Source: an uncultured Bacilli bacterium
Lineage (GTDB): Bacteria; Bacillota_I; Bacilli_A; RF39; UBA660
Direction: 5' to 3'
Length of the DNA: 64,000 nt
NCBI GenBank assembly: GCA_934167665.1
Contig: CAKPLN010000005.1
Span: 33,414 to 97,413 of the forward strand
Part shown: one piece after another, positions 48,149 to 59,448 of the stretch
Layout of the letters: each line of letters begins with the position of its first letter
How positions within the stretch are numbered: the stretch's first letter is position 1
Notes under the pieces: model-generated
The model's input: the letters and a program-made list of their open reading frames with translations, nothing else
What the model was told of the DNA's origin: nothing
Database searches by the model: none
Position numbers and translations under genes: made by a program

Positions 48149-48769
48149 TTAATTCCCCCTAGTTTTATATAAATTAAATACCTCCATTATAAAAATAACA
48201 CCAATTAATCCTAATAAATATCCACCTATAACATCAGTAGGATGATGTACTCCAACATATATTCTACTAATACCAACCGACAAGATAAGTAAAATAAGTA
48301 GGATTCTAATTATATACCTTAGCACATTATTTTTAATTTTTCTAGCTAAATAAAATAAATACCCATAAACACAAACACTAATCATTGAATGTCCACTTGG
48401 AAAAGAATAACCACCTTGTTCAACAAGCCTAATATGACCAGGTCTACTTCTTACAAATATATGTTTAAAAATAAGTGTCATTAAAGCTGAATTAACAGCT
48501 GACAATGAAAGAAAAACACTATCCTCACTACGACAAATTAACATAAATATAGCTACGAAAATAATAATAAAAATAGTATCACCAAAATGAGTAATAAAAG
48601 TAAAGTATTTATCTAAAAGAGGTGTTCTAAAATTAAATATAAAATTATAAATTGCTTCATCAATAACCCTATTTTTATCAAAAATTACAATTCCAGCAAT
48701 CAGTAAAAATAAAAATAATATCAAACCTATAAAAGTTAGTTTTTTCTTATTAAATTTTTTCATTTTCAA
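48149..48769 (-). CDS. PAP2-family membrane phosphatase (undecaprenyl-diphosphatase/PgpB-like)
   Basis: KHIFVRSRPGH, PSGHS and SRIYVGVHHPTD motifs. Confidence 0.8.
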   Translation of the reverse strand: MKMKKFNKKKLTFIGLILFLFLLIAGIVIFDKNRVIDEAIYNFIFNFRTPLLDKYFTFITHFGDTIFIIIFVAIFMLICRSEDSVFLSLSAVNSALMTLIFKHIFVRSRPGHIRLVEQGGYSFPSGHSMISVCVYGYLFYLARKIKNNVLRYIIRILLILLILSVGISRIYVGVHHPTDVIGGYLLGLIGVIFIMEVFNLYKTRGN

Positions 48770-48774
48770 TTCAC

Positions 48775-49959
48775 CTATAAGTTCTCTCTAACAAACTTTT
48801 TATATACTTCAACACCAGGTTGATTAAAAGGATCAACATCAAATAAATAACCACTAAATGCGGCACTAAGCATAAAAAAGGCACATAACATACCAATATT
48901 TTCTTCATTAATTAAATCAAGCGTAATAACTCCACAAGGAACTCCACCTGAATAATGAGCCTTCATAACCGAATCTAAAACAATATTATTAACATTATTT
49001 AAATCTTGACCATTTATATTAAAACTATTACTATTTAAAATTTTAAGAAAAGTCTCAAAAATAATTGGGTTACCTTCTTGGATAAATTGTCCTAAAGAAT
49101 GTAAATCTCTTGTATTAACCGTTGAAATAGGAAAAATACCCTTACCATCCTTTCCTTCAGTTTCCCCAAATAATTGTTTAAGCCATTCTGTATAATAATA
49201 CATACTAGGTTCATAAACACAGTAATTTTCAATATATTTTTTCTCTTTAAATAAGCTTAATCTAACACAAGCATATTCATAAGCTTCTCTATCTAATTTA
49301 AATCCATTATAAAAACCAGTAATCAACTTTTCTATATCCAAGAAAAAAGCTAGTGGCAATAAATGAGCCGCTGTAAATAATGAATATCTTCCTCCTATAT
49401 CACTTGGTATAACAAATGATTTATAACCAAATTTATTAACCTCTTCACGTAAAAGTCCTTTAGATGAATCAGTCGTAATAATTACTCTATTTTTAATTTC
49501 CTCATCAGTATACTTTTCCTTCATCAAAGTTAAAAGAGCTTGATATGCCAAAGTAATTTCTAAAGTAGTACCGCTTTTACTAATAACATTAACAGAAAAA
49601 TCCTTATCCTTTAAATAATCAACTAGTTCACTCAAATACTTACTAGATAAATTATATCCCGCATAAACAACCTCGAAATTATCAGAAACAAAATATTTAG
49701 AAAACATCTGACTCAAAGCATAACTACCTAAATAAGATCCCCCAATTCCAATAACAACTAAAACAGATGAATTACTTTTTATCTTATCTCTAGTAGTTAA
49801 AATATCAGAAATTAACTCCTCATCAATAACCTTAGTCCAACCTATCATAGAACTACTTAAAAATTTTTGATAAATTTCCTCTTTTCTATTAAATAAACTC
49901 GTATAAAAATCTTTATTAATAAATTTATCTATATAAGTTTTAAAGTCAAAACTAATCAC
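48775..49959 (-). CDS. pgi: glucose-6-phosphate isomerase (short type)
   Basis: GIGGSYLG and GGRYSLFTAAHL PGI signatures. Confidence 0.75.
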   Translation of the reverse strand: MISFDFKTYIDKFINKDFYTSLFNRKEEIYQKFLSSSMIGWTKVIDEELISDILTTRDKIKSNSSVLVVIGIGGSYLGSYALSQMFSKYFVSDNFEVVYAGYNLSSKYLSELVDYLKDKDFSVNVISKSGTTLEITLAYQALLTLMKEKYTDEEIKNRVIITTDSSKGLLREEVNKFGYKSFVIPSDIGGRYSLFTAAHLLPLAFFLDIEKLITGFYNGFKLDREAYEYACVRLSLFKEKKYIENYCVYEPSMYYYTEWLKQLFGETEGKDGKGIFPISTVNTRDLHSLGQFIQEGNPIIFETFLKILNSNSFNINGQDLNNVNNIVLDSVMKAHYSGGVPCGVITLDLINEENIGMLCAFFMLSAAFSGYLFDVDPFNQPGVEVYKKFVRENL

Positions 49960-50030
49960 TATATCACATCCCTACTATCTAAAATTATATCACATAACAA
50001 AGAAAAAGACTAATAACTAATTAGTCTTAT

Positions 50031-53000
50031 CTATTTAGTATTAACAATAACTAAATGTTCTTTTTTATCATTTACTAGTTTTATAATACCACTTTTAATA
50101 ATACTGTTATCAACACTTACTTTATAATCATCAGATCTTATTACCTCGATATTATAAACTGTATCCATATAGTTATAAACCATCTTATAACCATCCCAAG
50201 CAATTGGCATATTAGGACATATCTTCAAAGTATCATTATGTTTCTTTAGACCTAATATTTCTGTAACTCCTACATTATAAAACCAACCTGCAGAACCAGT
50301 ATACCAAGTCCAACCACCTCGTGCTGGAAACTCTAATGATGAATAAATATCAGCCGCAATAACATAAGGTTCAACTTTATAAATATTAACATCAGAACTA
50401 TTAAGTGTTCTTTCAATAGGATTAATCATCTGATAACGCTTATAAGCTGTATCATAGTAACCAGCCTTAATTAAAGCCATAACATACCAAGAGACAGCAT
50501 GTGTATATTGACCACCATTTTCTCTAATTCCCTTAGCATAATTCATAATATAACCAGGATTGTTTAATGATGTCGAAAAAGCCGGTGTTAAAAGTTTAAC
50601 AATTTTTTTATCTTTATCAACCAAAAGTTTCTCTACCGCATCAAGTGCTTTTAAAGCTCTATCTCTTGGAGCAACACCACTAAGAACAGCAAAACTCTGA
50701 GAAATTAAATCAATCTTACATTCAGTATTTTCATGACTTCCTAACTTATCACCATTATCAAAGAAAGCTCTTAAATAATACTCTCCATCCCATGTTTTCT
50801 TATTCAAATTATCTTTTAGATTTTCATTAAAATCAACATAACTACTAATATCAAAGTCCTTATCATAATGTTTCATTATTTTTACAAACTTCTCGATTAT
50901 ATCATAAAGGAAGAATCCTAGCCAAACGCTTTCTCCTTTGCCCTTGATTCCAACTTTATTCATACCATCATTCCAGTCACCACCACCCATTAGAGGTATC
51001 TTATGACGGCCTAAAGAATCAATCGCTAAAGATAAAGATTTTAAACAATGATCAAGTAATGAATCAACTGGTTCCAAATAGTTAAATACAATACCTTTTT
51101 CTTGTTCGTAAGTTCCTAATTTATCCCCAGTAATATATGGTACTTTTTCTTTCAAAATACTATAGTCACCAGTTACATCTAAGTAATTACATGTTGCTAA
51201 AACCAACCATAAATAATCATCTTTATAGCGACTTCTAAGTCCAAATCTATTAGCTTCATGCCACCAATGTAAGACATCTCCCTCTTCAAATTGATGAGAA
51301 GCATTAATAAGAATTTGTCTTCTTGTAACATCAGGATGAACTAAAACTATATTCATCGCATCTTGTAATTGATCTCTATAACCAAATGCTCCACTAACTT
51401 GATAAAAACCAGCCTTTGCTAAAATTCTAGATGAAATAGTCTGATATAAATACCACCCATTTAACATATAGTTTAAGCTCTTATCAGGAGACTTTACCTC
51501 TACAACAGATAATTCTTTATCCCAATAACTTTTAACATTTCTAAGTTCTCTCTTAGCAATAGAAACATCAGTATACTTACTTACAAGACTATCTCCTAAA
51601 GCCTCATCCCTACTACTACATAAAACAAAAACTATAGACTTCTCCTCAGAAGGAGCAAGTGTAATCTTATTAGCAATACTCTTAACAAGAATACGATCAC
51701 TAACACAAGATGAAATAGCCTCACTAGATGACATATAAACACAAACATCACCATAATTAATACTATAAACATTACGTAATTTTAAATAATTTTTATCATC
51801 TATAAATTCTGATAAAATATGACGAGCTGTCTTCTCCTCAAAATTACCAAAAGTAGGATTAATCCAATAATTAACATCAACATCTAAAGTCCTATCAGTA
51901 ACATTAGTAAGATTAACTAAATATAATTTTACCGGATCATCTACAGCTACAAATTCACAAATTTCTTTTTTCAAATCTTTACTACAAGACTCTAAAATAC
52001 TATAACCAAAGCCATGAGTACATTTGCTAGGATCAAAAGTTTTACCATTAAATGTAAATCCCTCTGATCTATCATTAACAACAATATCATTAGTCCAAGA
52101 AGTAATTTTAAATTCCGAAGAATTATAAGCAAATGTATAGCCACAACCATTATTAGTAACAATAGTACCAAAGTTTTTATTAGCAATTACATTACTCCAA
52201 GGAGTTGGTGTATTTTTATTATAAATAACATATTCTCTACCATTATTTTTAAATCCACCAAAGCCATTATCAAAAACTAACTTTTCATCATTTGAAGATG
52301 ACACATTATCTTCTAAAGCATATTTCTCATATAAACTAATCTTATTATTTTTCTGTAACTCTTCAACAGCTTCCTTAAAAGAAACATGGTCTTTAATTAT
52401 AAATCTTAATCTTGGAACTATATCAAATAAACTCTTCTCTTCTCTTGATAAAGTGCTACCATCAATAACATAAATAGCTCCAGGTGTATGATAAAAACTA
52501 TTTAAGGAATACATTCTATATTTTTCATCTTCTATTTCTTTATTAATAATTTTTTTATACTGTTCATTTTCATTATTAATAATCACAACATCAACGAATA
52601 TAGAATTATTTTTATAATACTCAAATGCTTTTAAAATATCAAAGATAAATGGTAAATCACTTATATCACTAATATTAGCTAAAATAATAGGTCTATCTCC
52701 ACTTATTCCAAACTTCCACAAACCATTTTGTGCTAAACAGTTTTTACGTAATAAATCCATTCTTTCTCTACTAACAGATATTTTAGTAGTTTGATATAAG
52801 TAGTTAAGCATAATATTATAAAGTCTCATATCATCTCCACTTATACCAAGTGTTTTAGTATTAACAATATTCATTAAAGCTGAAACTCTAAAAGCTCTTT
52901 CGATATCATCTAAATTATTATAAGAATAAATTATATCCATAATTTGTTCTCTACTACGTCCAAAGCCCATAATCAAATAAACAACTGTATCCCCATTAGC

Positions 53001-56000
53001 AGGAACAACAATCTTATTTCTAAGACTCATTACAGGGTCTAAATTATCTCCACTATAATTGCTTAAATCATGATGTAAGGCACTAGGACAATTTGAGGTA
53101 TATCCTCGACCAATAAAATTAGCTCTTTCAGTCTCATAAGTAAATTCATCAAGAGGATTATCAATAAGCAAACGATTAACCATATAACTATTAACCGTAT
53201 TTTCTCCTCTTCCCTTACGTCTCATAATAAGAGAATTAGTATTAATATCATACTCACTAGAAATAAACATATTATTAAATACTCTATGAGAAACATCATC
53301 CATATTATCAGATAATATAACCTCAGTATAAGTAGTAAGCTCTAGCGTTTTATCTTGATTACTATTATTTTTAAAAGTAACTTTTCTAATTTCCGCATGA
53401 TGATCCTTAGTTACTACTATTTCTGTTTTAGTCATGATTTTATCATCAGTACGTAAATATTTAATCATATCAGAAGCAAAAACAACTTCATAATTATCAG
53501 CCTTAATATTAACAGGCGCATAAGTATTAGACCAAACCTTGTCATTACCAAGATCTCTAATATACATAAATAATCCATAATCTTGTTCTGTAACTTTTCT
53601 ATATCTATTTAATTGTAATGTTCTATATCTAGAAAAACTATTACCTCTATCATTCATAAGTAAACAATACTTTTTATTAGATAAAACAGAAACCTCAGGC
53701 ATATAAGAAATGTAATTAAAAGCTCTAATATCATTTTCAATCTTTTCTTTTTGATAATCATACTTTTTATAATTAGCCATTTTCATATCAATACTTGTCT
53801 TAATTTGAACTTTTTCCTTTAATAAAATATCAAAAGTTCTAATATTAACATTATCATGAAAATAATTTTGAATAGCTCCATTCTTTAAATAATTAGTAAG
53901 AGATGCTAAAATCATTCCTTGATGATGAGCAAAATAAGCTAAGACAACGTCTTTATTATCATAATCATATGCTTCATAAAAACCATACTTACCATACATA
54001 TCTAGTCTTTTAAATTTATTCATGTTTTCATAAACACTATCTGGAAACAACTCCATTGCCATGATAGATGAATAAGGTGATAAAACAATTCTATTATCTT
54101 TATCCTCTTTAGCTTTTAAGTATGGAGTTGAAAAAGCTCTATATTTATAATTTAGGGAATTATCAAGTTCATCATAGGCACTTTCACCAATTCCCCAAGG
54201 TAAATCTTTAGAAACACCCGCAACATAACTTTTCTGACAAAAATAAGCAAAATGATAAGATTCATCAAGTAACGTATTAGGATAATTCTTCATAAATAAC
54301 AACGGCATATAGTATTCAAAAGAAGTACCAGACCAAGAAATAAGTCCTTTATGTCCCTTATACGTTGTTAAAGACTTATCTAAACAAAACCAATGTTTAG
54401 AAGGAACATCTCCCATGCAAATAGCAATATAGCCAACTAATCTAGATTCACTAGCAAACTTATTATAATTATAAATTGATAACTTCTCTTCAGATTCATC
54501 GTAACCAATACTAAATACATTTTTCTTAGTATATAACTTTTTAAAATTAGTGTTTTTTATCAAACGATCAACAACTTTAATTAAATTGCTATCATCATTC
54601 TTCTTTAAAAATTCACCTACTACAATAAGAGCTGCTACAAAATTACCAGAATCAACAGTTGATACAAAGCGTGGATTAAAAACTTTCTTTGTCTTTATAT
54701 CATACCAATTATATAAATGTCCATTCCACTTTTCTAACCCCTCAACAGTATGTAAAATCTCACTCAATAACTTAATAGCCCTATCTTTATCAATAAATTC
54801 CATCTCACAAGCACAAACAACACTGGTAAGTGAATAACCAATAGCAGTTGGTGAAGTTCTTAAATCTAACTTTTGTTCACGATTTTCTTGATAATTATCA
54901 GGTATTAAATAAGAATACTCTTCTTTTAAATTATCTTCAAAGTATTTCCAAGTCTTCCTTGCTACTTCTACAACATCAGAAATTTCACTACTCTTTAGCT
55001 CTACTTGTTCATGTTTAATATTAGAACTTACATAATATAAAATAAAAGGTGCACTAAAGAATATCGCAGAAATAATAATCGCTAAAATATTCTTACCTAA
55101 AATACCAATAACTAGAAGTAAAACAGCAAGTACAATATTAAATGAAAAATTCCTAATATAACTTTTTAAATCTTCCTTAACTGTTTTTTCAACTTCTTCA
55201 GCTGTAATCCAATTAAGTAAATTCTTATGAGATATAGTTAAACGATAAATACTTCTAAAAAATGCATCCATATAAAGTTTAGTATAAAAAGGAAGAGTTG
55301 CTAAAACGATATAAGATCTAAGTAAAACACTACGTCCACCATAAAATAAATTTTTATAGTAAACATTTAACTTTCCATTACTCTTTACAATTTTACTACG
55401 TAAAAATATTATTACTGGAACAGCTATTTCTAAAACAACAAGTCCAACCCACCATAAAGGATTAACTTTACTAAAGAAAATACCACAAATAAGTGAAAGT
55501 AACAACATTGGATATAAAAACATTCTTATGATATTATCAAATATTTTGAATCTTCCCAATAAATTAATTGGATTTTTAACAAGCTTGCCTTGTTTATTTC
55601 TAACTTTATTAAAAAGCCAGCCAATAATTTGAACATCTCCTCTTGCCCAACGATGATGTCTAGTAATATCTATTAAAAATTTAGATGGGAAATCATCAAT
55701 AAGTTCAATATCACACACATATCCACATCTTAAATAATTTCCTTCCAATAAATCATGAGACAAAATCAAATCATCAGGAAAAGTCTTGTCTAAAACCTTT
55801 TGAAAGATTCTCAAATCATAAATTCCCTTACCGACAAAGCTTCCCTCACCAAAAGAGTCTTGATAAACATTAGGAACAATTGCTGAATAAGTATCAAATC
55901 CCCCAATACCAGCAAAGATTTGACTATACAAACTCCTATTAGTAGCCTCAATATCCACACCAACTCTAGGCTGCATTAAAGCATAGCCATTAACAACTTT

Positions 56001-57680
56001 GGTTTCTTCTTTATTTAAAACTGGCTTATTTAAAGGATGAGCCATAGCTCCAACTAAATTTAATACTGTATTTAATACCAATCTAGTATCAGTATCTAAA
56101 GTAATAACATACCTAATATTTAAAGAATTATCATGAAGCATATTAACATTAAAATATTTATTTTCAAAAGCTTTATCAGTATCATGTAACAAAATCTTAT
56201 TAAATTGAAGGAGAGCTCCTCTTTTTCTTTCATAACCTAAATAAGCATTCTCTTTAGAATCCCATATTCTCTTTCTATAAATAAAGTAAAATATATCTTT
56301 TTTATACTTCTTATTCAACATAGAAGCAACCATTTCACCATACTCAGAAATTTCTTCATCAAATGGCATAATCTTTTCATTACTAGCTTTAACATCACCA
56401 AGTAAAGTAAAATACAAATTATCACTTTTATTAATCAAATAAAAAGTCTCTAATGCTTCAAACATTTCTTTAATCTTTTTCTTATCACTAACAATTGTAG
56501 GAATAACAACCATAGTAGCATCTTCCTCAGGTAGTCCCTTAGAATAATCTAGTTTAGGTAATGGCCTAGTTGGAACAACCTTAATTAAGAAATGATTAAA
56601 TAACTGTATAAATAATTGACTAACAGGAATTAATAAAATTAAAAATCCTAATAATCTATACTTAATAAAATATTTAGATATATAAAAACTAGTTAAAAAA
56701 GTAACCATACAAATAGTTAATATATAAAGAACTACCCAAATACCCTTATTCTTATTTTTAAATAAATAATAACCAATATGATAATCTTCACCATTCATAT
56801 TATCAACTAATTTATTTAAATATTGAACCTCAGTACAATGTGCCTTTTTAGCTAATTTTTCAACTTGCTTACGATATAAATCCTTAGTCTCTACCGTCAT
56901 TTTACTATAAATTTTATCGTTTAATAGTATTTTTTCTGATTTAGACACTTTTTCATATAATTCTTCGAGTGATAAATCAAAGAAAAATCTTAAGTCATTA
57001 AAAATATTTGATATTAATAAATCATTATCTATTTTAGATTGATGTTCATCATTAATAATCTCTTTTAAACTAACCTGTTTATCTTTTAAATATTCATTTA
57101 ACTCTTTAAAAAGTGTATTACTTTTAGCACCTAATTCTTTTAATTGAATATTTAATTCATAAATATAATGTTGTTCATTTTTACAATCAAATGTATCATC
57201 AAGAAAATCTTTTAATTCAAATTCTTTATCTTTATTAGCCTCCAAAACATTTTTAATTTTATCTTTTGACTTCATTTTAGTAAGTTCTAAGTCACATAAT
57301 TTAGCTAATCTACTAGCATAAATAAAAACTAAAGTTGGTTTTATACAAGCAATATCACGATATGAAAAATATTTTCCCGCCTCTTTTTGATATTCTTTTA
57401 ACTCTGTCGTCAAATATTTAAAAGGAACATTATAATTATTCTTCTCAACAATATCTTTAAGACAATAATAGAAGTCAAATTTAGAAAGTTTTTTATTAAG
57501 ATCTCCTCTATCATTCAAAATATCTGTTTTATGCTCTACAAGTAAATAAAAATTATCAATTATCCACTCATTAGTAATCCCAACATACTCCATCTTTTTA
57601 GTTTTTTCTATCAAATAGTTATAATAATTATTAACTATATTAAAATCTATTAAAAAAGTTTTTAATAATTTATTCATCAT
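50031..57680 (-). CDS. cyclic beta-1,2-glucan synthase-like giant protein (GT84 membrane glycosyltransferase plus GH94 phosphorylase-like domain)
   Basis: 2549 aa. GT2-like motifs (LDTDT and RHHRWARGD), several TM helices, and a C-terminal GH94 catalytic motif GGGDWNDGMN. Confidence 0.7.
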   Translation of the reverse strand: MMNKLLKTFLIDFNIVNNYYNYLIEKTKKMEYVGITNEWIIDNFYLLVEHKTDILNDRGDLNKKLSKFDFYYCLKDIVEKNNYNVPFKYLTTELKEYQKEAGKYFSYRDIACIKPTLVFIYASRLAKLCDLELTKMKSKDKIKNVLEANKDKEFELKDFLDDTFDCKNEQHYIYELNIQLKELGAKSNTLFKELNEYLKDKQVSLKEIINDEHQSKIDNDLLISNIFNDLRFFFDLSLEELYEKVSKSEKILLNDKIYSKMTVETKDLYRKQVEKLAKKAHCTEVQYLNKLVDNMNGEDYHIGYYLFKNKNKGIWVVLYILTICMVTFLTSFYISKYFIKYRLLGFLILLIPVSQLFIQLFNHFLIKVVPTRPLPKLDYSKGLPEEDATMVVIPTIVSDKKKIKEMFEALETFYLINKSDNLYFTLLGDVKASNEKIMPFDEEISEYGEMVASMLNKKYKKDIFYFIYRKRIWDSKENAYLGYERKRGALLQFNKILLHDTDKAFENKYFNVNMLHDNSLNIRYVITLDTDTRLVLNTVLNLVGAMAHPLNKPVLNKEETKVVNGYALMQPRVGVDIEATNRSLYSQIFAGIGGFDTYSAIVPNVYQDSFGEGSFVGKGIYDLRIFQKVLDKTFPDDLILSHDLLEGNYLRCGYVCDIELIDDFPSKFLIDITRHHRWARGDVQIIGWLFNKVRNKQGKLVKNPINLLGRFKIFDNIIRMFLYPMLLLSLICGIFFSKVNPLWWVGLVVLEIAVPVIIFLRSKIVKSNGKLNVYYKNLFYGGRSVLLRSYIVLATLPFYTKLYMDAFFRSIYRLTISHKNLLNWITAEEVEKTVKEDLKSYIRNFSFNIVLAVLLLVIGILGKNILAIIISAIFFSAPFILYYVSSNIKHEQVELKSSEISDVVEVARKTWKYFEDNLKEEYSYLIPDNYQENREQKLDLRTSPTAIGYSLTSVVCACEMEFIDKDRAIKLLSEILHTVEGLEKWNGHLYNWYDIKTKKVFNPRFVSTVDSGNFVAALIVVGEFLKKNDDSNLIKVVDRLIKNTNFKKLYTKKNVFSIGYDESEEKLSIYNYNKFASESRLVGYIAICMGDVPSKHWFCLDKSLTTYKGHKGLISWSGTSFEYYMPLLFMKNYPNTLLDESYHFAYFCQKSYVAGVSKDLPWGIGESAYDELDNSLNYKYRAFSTPYLKAKEDKDNRIVLSPYSSIMAMELFPDSVYENMNKFKRLDMYGKYGFYEAYDYDNKDVVLAYFAHHQGMILASLTNYLKNGAIQNYFHDNVNIRTFDILLKEKVQIKTSIDMKMANYKKYDYQKEKIENDIRAFNYISYMPEVSVLSNKKYCLLMNDRGNSFSRYRTLQLNRYRKVTEQDYGLFMYIRDLGNDKVWSNTYAPVNIKADNYEVVFASDMIKYLRTDDKIMTKTEIVVTKDHHAEIRKVTFKNNSNQDKTLELTTYTEVILSDNMDDVSHRVFNNMFISSEYDINTNSLIMRRKGRGENTVNSYMVNRLLIDNPLDEFTYETERANFIGRGYTSNCPSALHHDLSNYSGDNLDPVMSLRNKIVVPANGDTVVYLIMGFGRSREQIMDIIYSYNNLDDIERAFRVSALMNIVNTKTLGISGDDMRLYNIMLNYLYQTTKISVSRERMDLLRKNCLAQNGLWKFGISGDRPIILANISDISDLPFIFDILKAFEYYKNNSIFVDVVIINNENEQYKKIINKEIEDEKYRMYSLNSFYHTPGAIYVIDGSTLSREEKSLFDIVPRLRFIIKDHVSFKEAVEELQKNNKISLYEKYALEDNVSSSNDEKLVFDNGFGGFKNNGREYVIYNKNTPTPWSNVIANKNFGTIVTNNGCGYTFAYNSSEFKITSWTNDIVVNDRSEGFTFNGKTFDPSKCTHGFGYSILESCSKDLKKEICEFVAVDDPVKLYLVNLTNVTDRTLDVDVNYWINPTFGNFEEKTARHILSEFIDDKNYLKLRNVYSINYGDVCVYMSSSEAISSCVSDRILVKSIANKITLAPSEEKSIVFVLCSSRDEALGDSLVSKYTDVSIAKRELRNVKSYWDKELSVVEVKSPDKSLNYMLNGWYLYQTISSRILAKAGFYQVSGAFGYRDQLQDAMNIVLVHPDVTRRQILINASHQFEEGDVLHWWHEANRFGLRSRYKDDYLWLVLATCNYLDVTGDYSILKEKVPYITGDKLGTYEQEKGIVFNYLEPVDSLLDHCLKSLSLAIDSLGRHKIPLMGGGDWNDGMNKVGIKGKGESVWLGFFLYDIIEKFVKIMKHYDKDFDISSYVDFNENLKDNLNKKTWDGEYYLRAFFDNGDKLGSHENTECKIDLISQSFAVLSGVAPRDRALKALDAVEKLLVDKDKKIVKLLTPAFSTSLNNPGYIMNYAKGIRENGGQYTHAVSWYVMALIKAGYYDTAYKRYQMINPIERTLNSSDVNIYKVEPYVIAADIYSSLEFPARGGWTWYTGSAGWFYNVGVTEILGLKKHNDTLKICPNMPIAWDGYKMVYNYMDTVYNIEVIRSDDYKVSVDNSIIKSGIIKLVNDKKEHLVIVNTK

Positions 57681-57957
57681 ATCAACTCTCCTATTAAAAG
57701 TATATCAAAACAGGCCAATAAAAACCAGTTGAAATAAAAATAAAAGATAAATTTTTAGTTGCTCACTACCCATAACTATAATATCGTATTCTTTTACAAG
57801 TATATTTGCAATATTAATTATATTTACTACTATTTATAATTTTATTATGAATTTTTCTTTTGTCTTACAATAATTATTGCACTTTATTTATCCTGTTTCA
57901 CTTATCAAAAATATTTATAAAACAAAAAAACCTTGAAACCAAGGTTATTTTTTTAAA

Positions 57958-58048
57958 TGGCGGAGTAGGCGAGATTTGAACTCGCGCGCCAGTTGCCCGA
58001 CCTACACCCTTAGCAGGGGCGCCTCTTCAGCCTCTTGAGTACTACTCC
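57958..58048 (-). tRNA. tRNA-Ser (anticodon GCT), long variable arm
   Basis: The reverse complement is GGAGTAGTACTCAAGAGGCTGAAGAGGCGCCCCTGCTAAGGGTGTAGGTCGGGCAACTGGCGCGCGAGTTCAAATCTCGCCTACTCCGCCA. Acceptor GGAGTAG/CTACTCC with an encoded CCA. Confidence 0.85.
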
Positions 58049-58111
58049 AACTCTATTGCGTCCGCATATACAATATTACATTATAATTAAATTTATGTCA
58101 ATAAATAATTT

Positions 58112-58850
58112 AGAACAAAAGACAAATTTTTAATTTGTCGCTTTGGTCGTCACCGATCAAAATTCCTACTTCACTGATAAAGTACCCTTTATTCTCCATA
58201 GGCTTAAATTCCGATAGTCGCTACCGTACTCATTTTATTTTACTACTATTTATTCTTAAACTAACTTTCTTTGATAATGCATTCTTAATCCTTCAAACAT
58301 AATATTTATACTAGTATTTATATCTCGATCATTTTCACATCCACACTTACCACATATTCATTCTCTAGCCTTTCAATTATCCATTTTTTGTTGATTTCCA
58401 TAATAGTATATTTCTTACTACTTGATAATAATATTTTCCTATTAAACAACACTTTAATTTGAGCTGTTGATATGCCATATTTGGAACTAAATCTTTTAAA
58501 TTAAAAGCTGCAAACTTTTGTCTAAAAAATGATTACAAATAAGTCTAATTCAACCAAAAGTTTTGTTTAAGAGCTGTTTTTGATAACTATTAGGATGCAT
58601 TCTAAACTTATAGGCTTTATACATGTAATACACCTCCATCATCTTGACTTACTATAACAAATTACAAACATATGATTGCTGATGGTAATATTACTATTTA
58701 ATAAGAAAATTTCTTATAAGTAAAAAATGTCAAAAATTAGCTCTGCCCCTAGAGTTCATAATTGGCGAACATTTTGGATTTTTAAAGTTTATAAAAGTTA
58801 AAAAAATCATATGAGATTGGATGCTCATATTATGGAGGTTCTTCTTTTCC
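58112..58850 (-). mobile_element. internally deleted (MITE-like) copy of the IS605-family tnpB element
   Basis: The right end plus tnpB 3' end (58112-58400) and the tnpB 5' end plus left end (58540-58850) match the copy at 13122-14650. About 850 bp of tnpB is missing and the remaining ORF is broken. Confidence 0.7.
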
Positions 58851-58981
58851 AATCAAAAACTCTGAAGATGCGTAGGTTTATTTGTAGTGTAATACTTGAA
58901 TAATATTGCATTTTTTTATTTATTATAAAACACACTTTCCTAATAAATAAAAAAAACTCAGAAACTGAGTTACTTCTAAAA

Positions 58982-59058
58982 TGGTGACCAGTACGGAATT
59001 CGAATCCGTGAATGCTGCCGTGAAAGGGCAGTGTGTTAAGCCACTTCACCAACTGGCC
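58982..59058 (-). tRNA. tRNA-Glu (anticodon TTC)
   Basis: The reverse complement is GGCCAGTTGGTGAAGTGGCTTAACACACTGCCCTTTCACGGCAGCATTCACGGATTCGAATTCCGTACTGGTCACCA. Confidence 0.9.
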
Positions 59059-59066
59059 ATAAAAAA

Positions 59067-59143
59067 TGGCGCCCCAACTAGGACTTGAACCTAGGACCCC
59101 TTGATTAACAGTCAAGTGCTCTAACCGACTGAGCTATTGAGGC
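59067..59143 (-). tRNA. tRNA-Asn (anticodon GTT)
   Basis: The reverse complement is GCCTCAATAGCTCAGTCGGTTAGAGCACTTGACTGTTAATCAAGGGGTCCTAGGTTCAAGTCCTAGTTGGGGCGCCA. Confidence 0.9.
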
Positions 59144-59147
59144 AATT

Positions 59148-59224
<77 letters not shown>

Positions 59225-59448
59225 AACGCAAGTTACTTATTCAGTATACAATACTAAATGAATTTTTGCAATACTAAATTTTAAATTATTTCGTGATTGC
59301 AAATATAGAATACTATAAACTAACAAATTTAGTCAAGGCTTTTTTTATATTTTTTACTTTTTTTAATAATTTATACAAAAATATCTTTAAAATATATTAT
59401 GTATAAATTAAAAAACTATATAATATGAATAAAAATGTAAAAAAATAC

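Noticed and set aside
51992-52186. 64-aa ORF, and the 54550-54837 plus-strand 95-aa ORF, inside the giant glucan synthase gene
   Set aside because: They are alternative or antisense frames of a 7.6-kb supported CDS.
58825-59115. 96-aa minus-strand ORF (MTVNQGVLGSSPSWGAIFYGQLVKWLNTLPFHGSIHGFEF...)
   Set aside because: It reads straight through tRNA-Glu and tRNA-Asn, so it is the classic tRNA-derived spurious frame.
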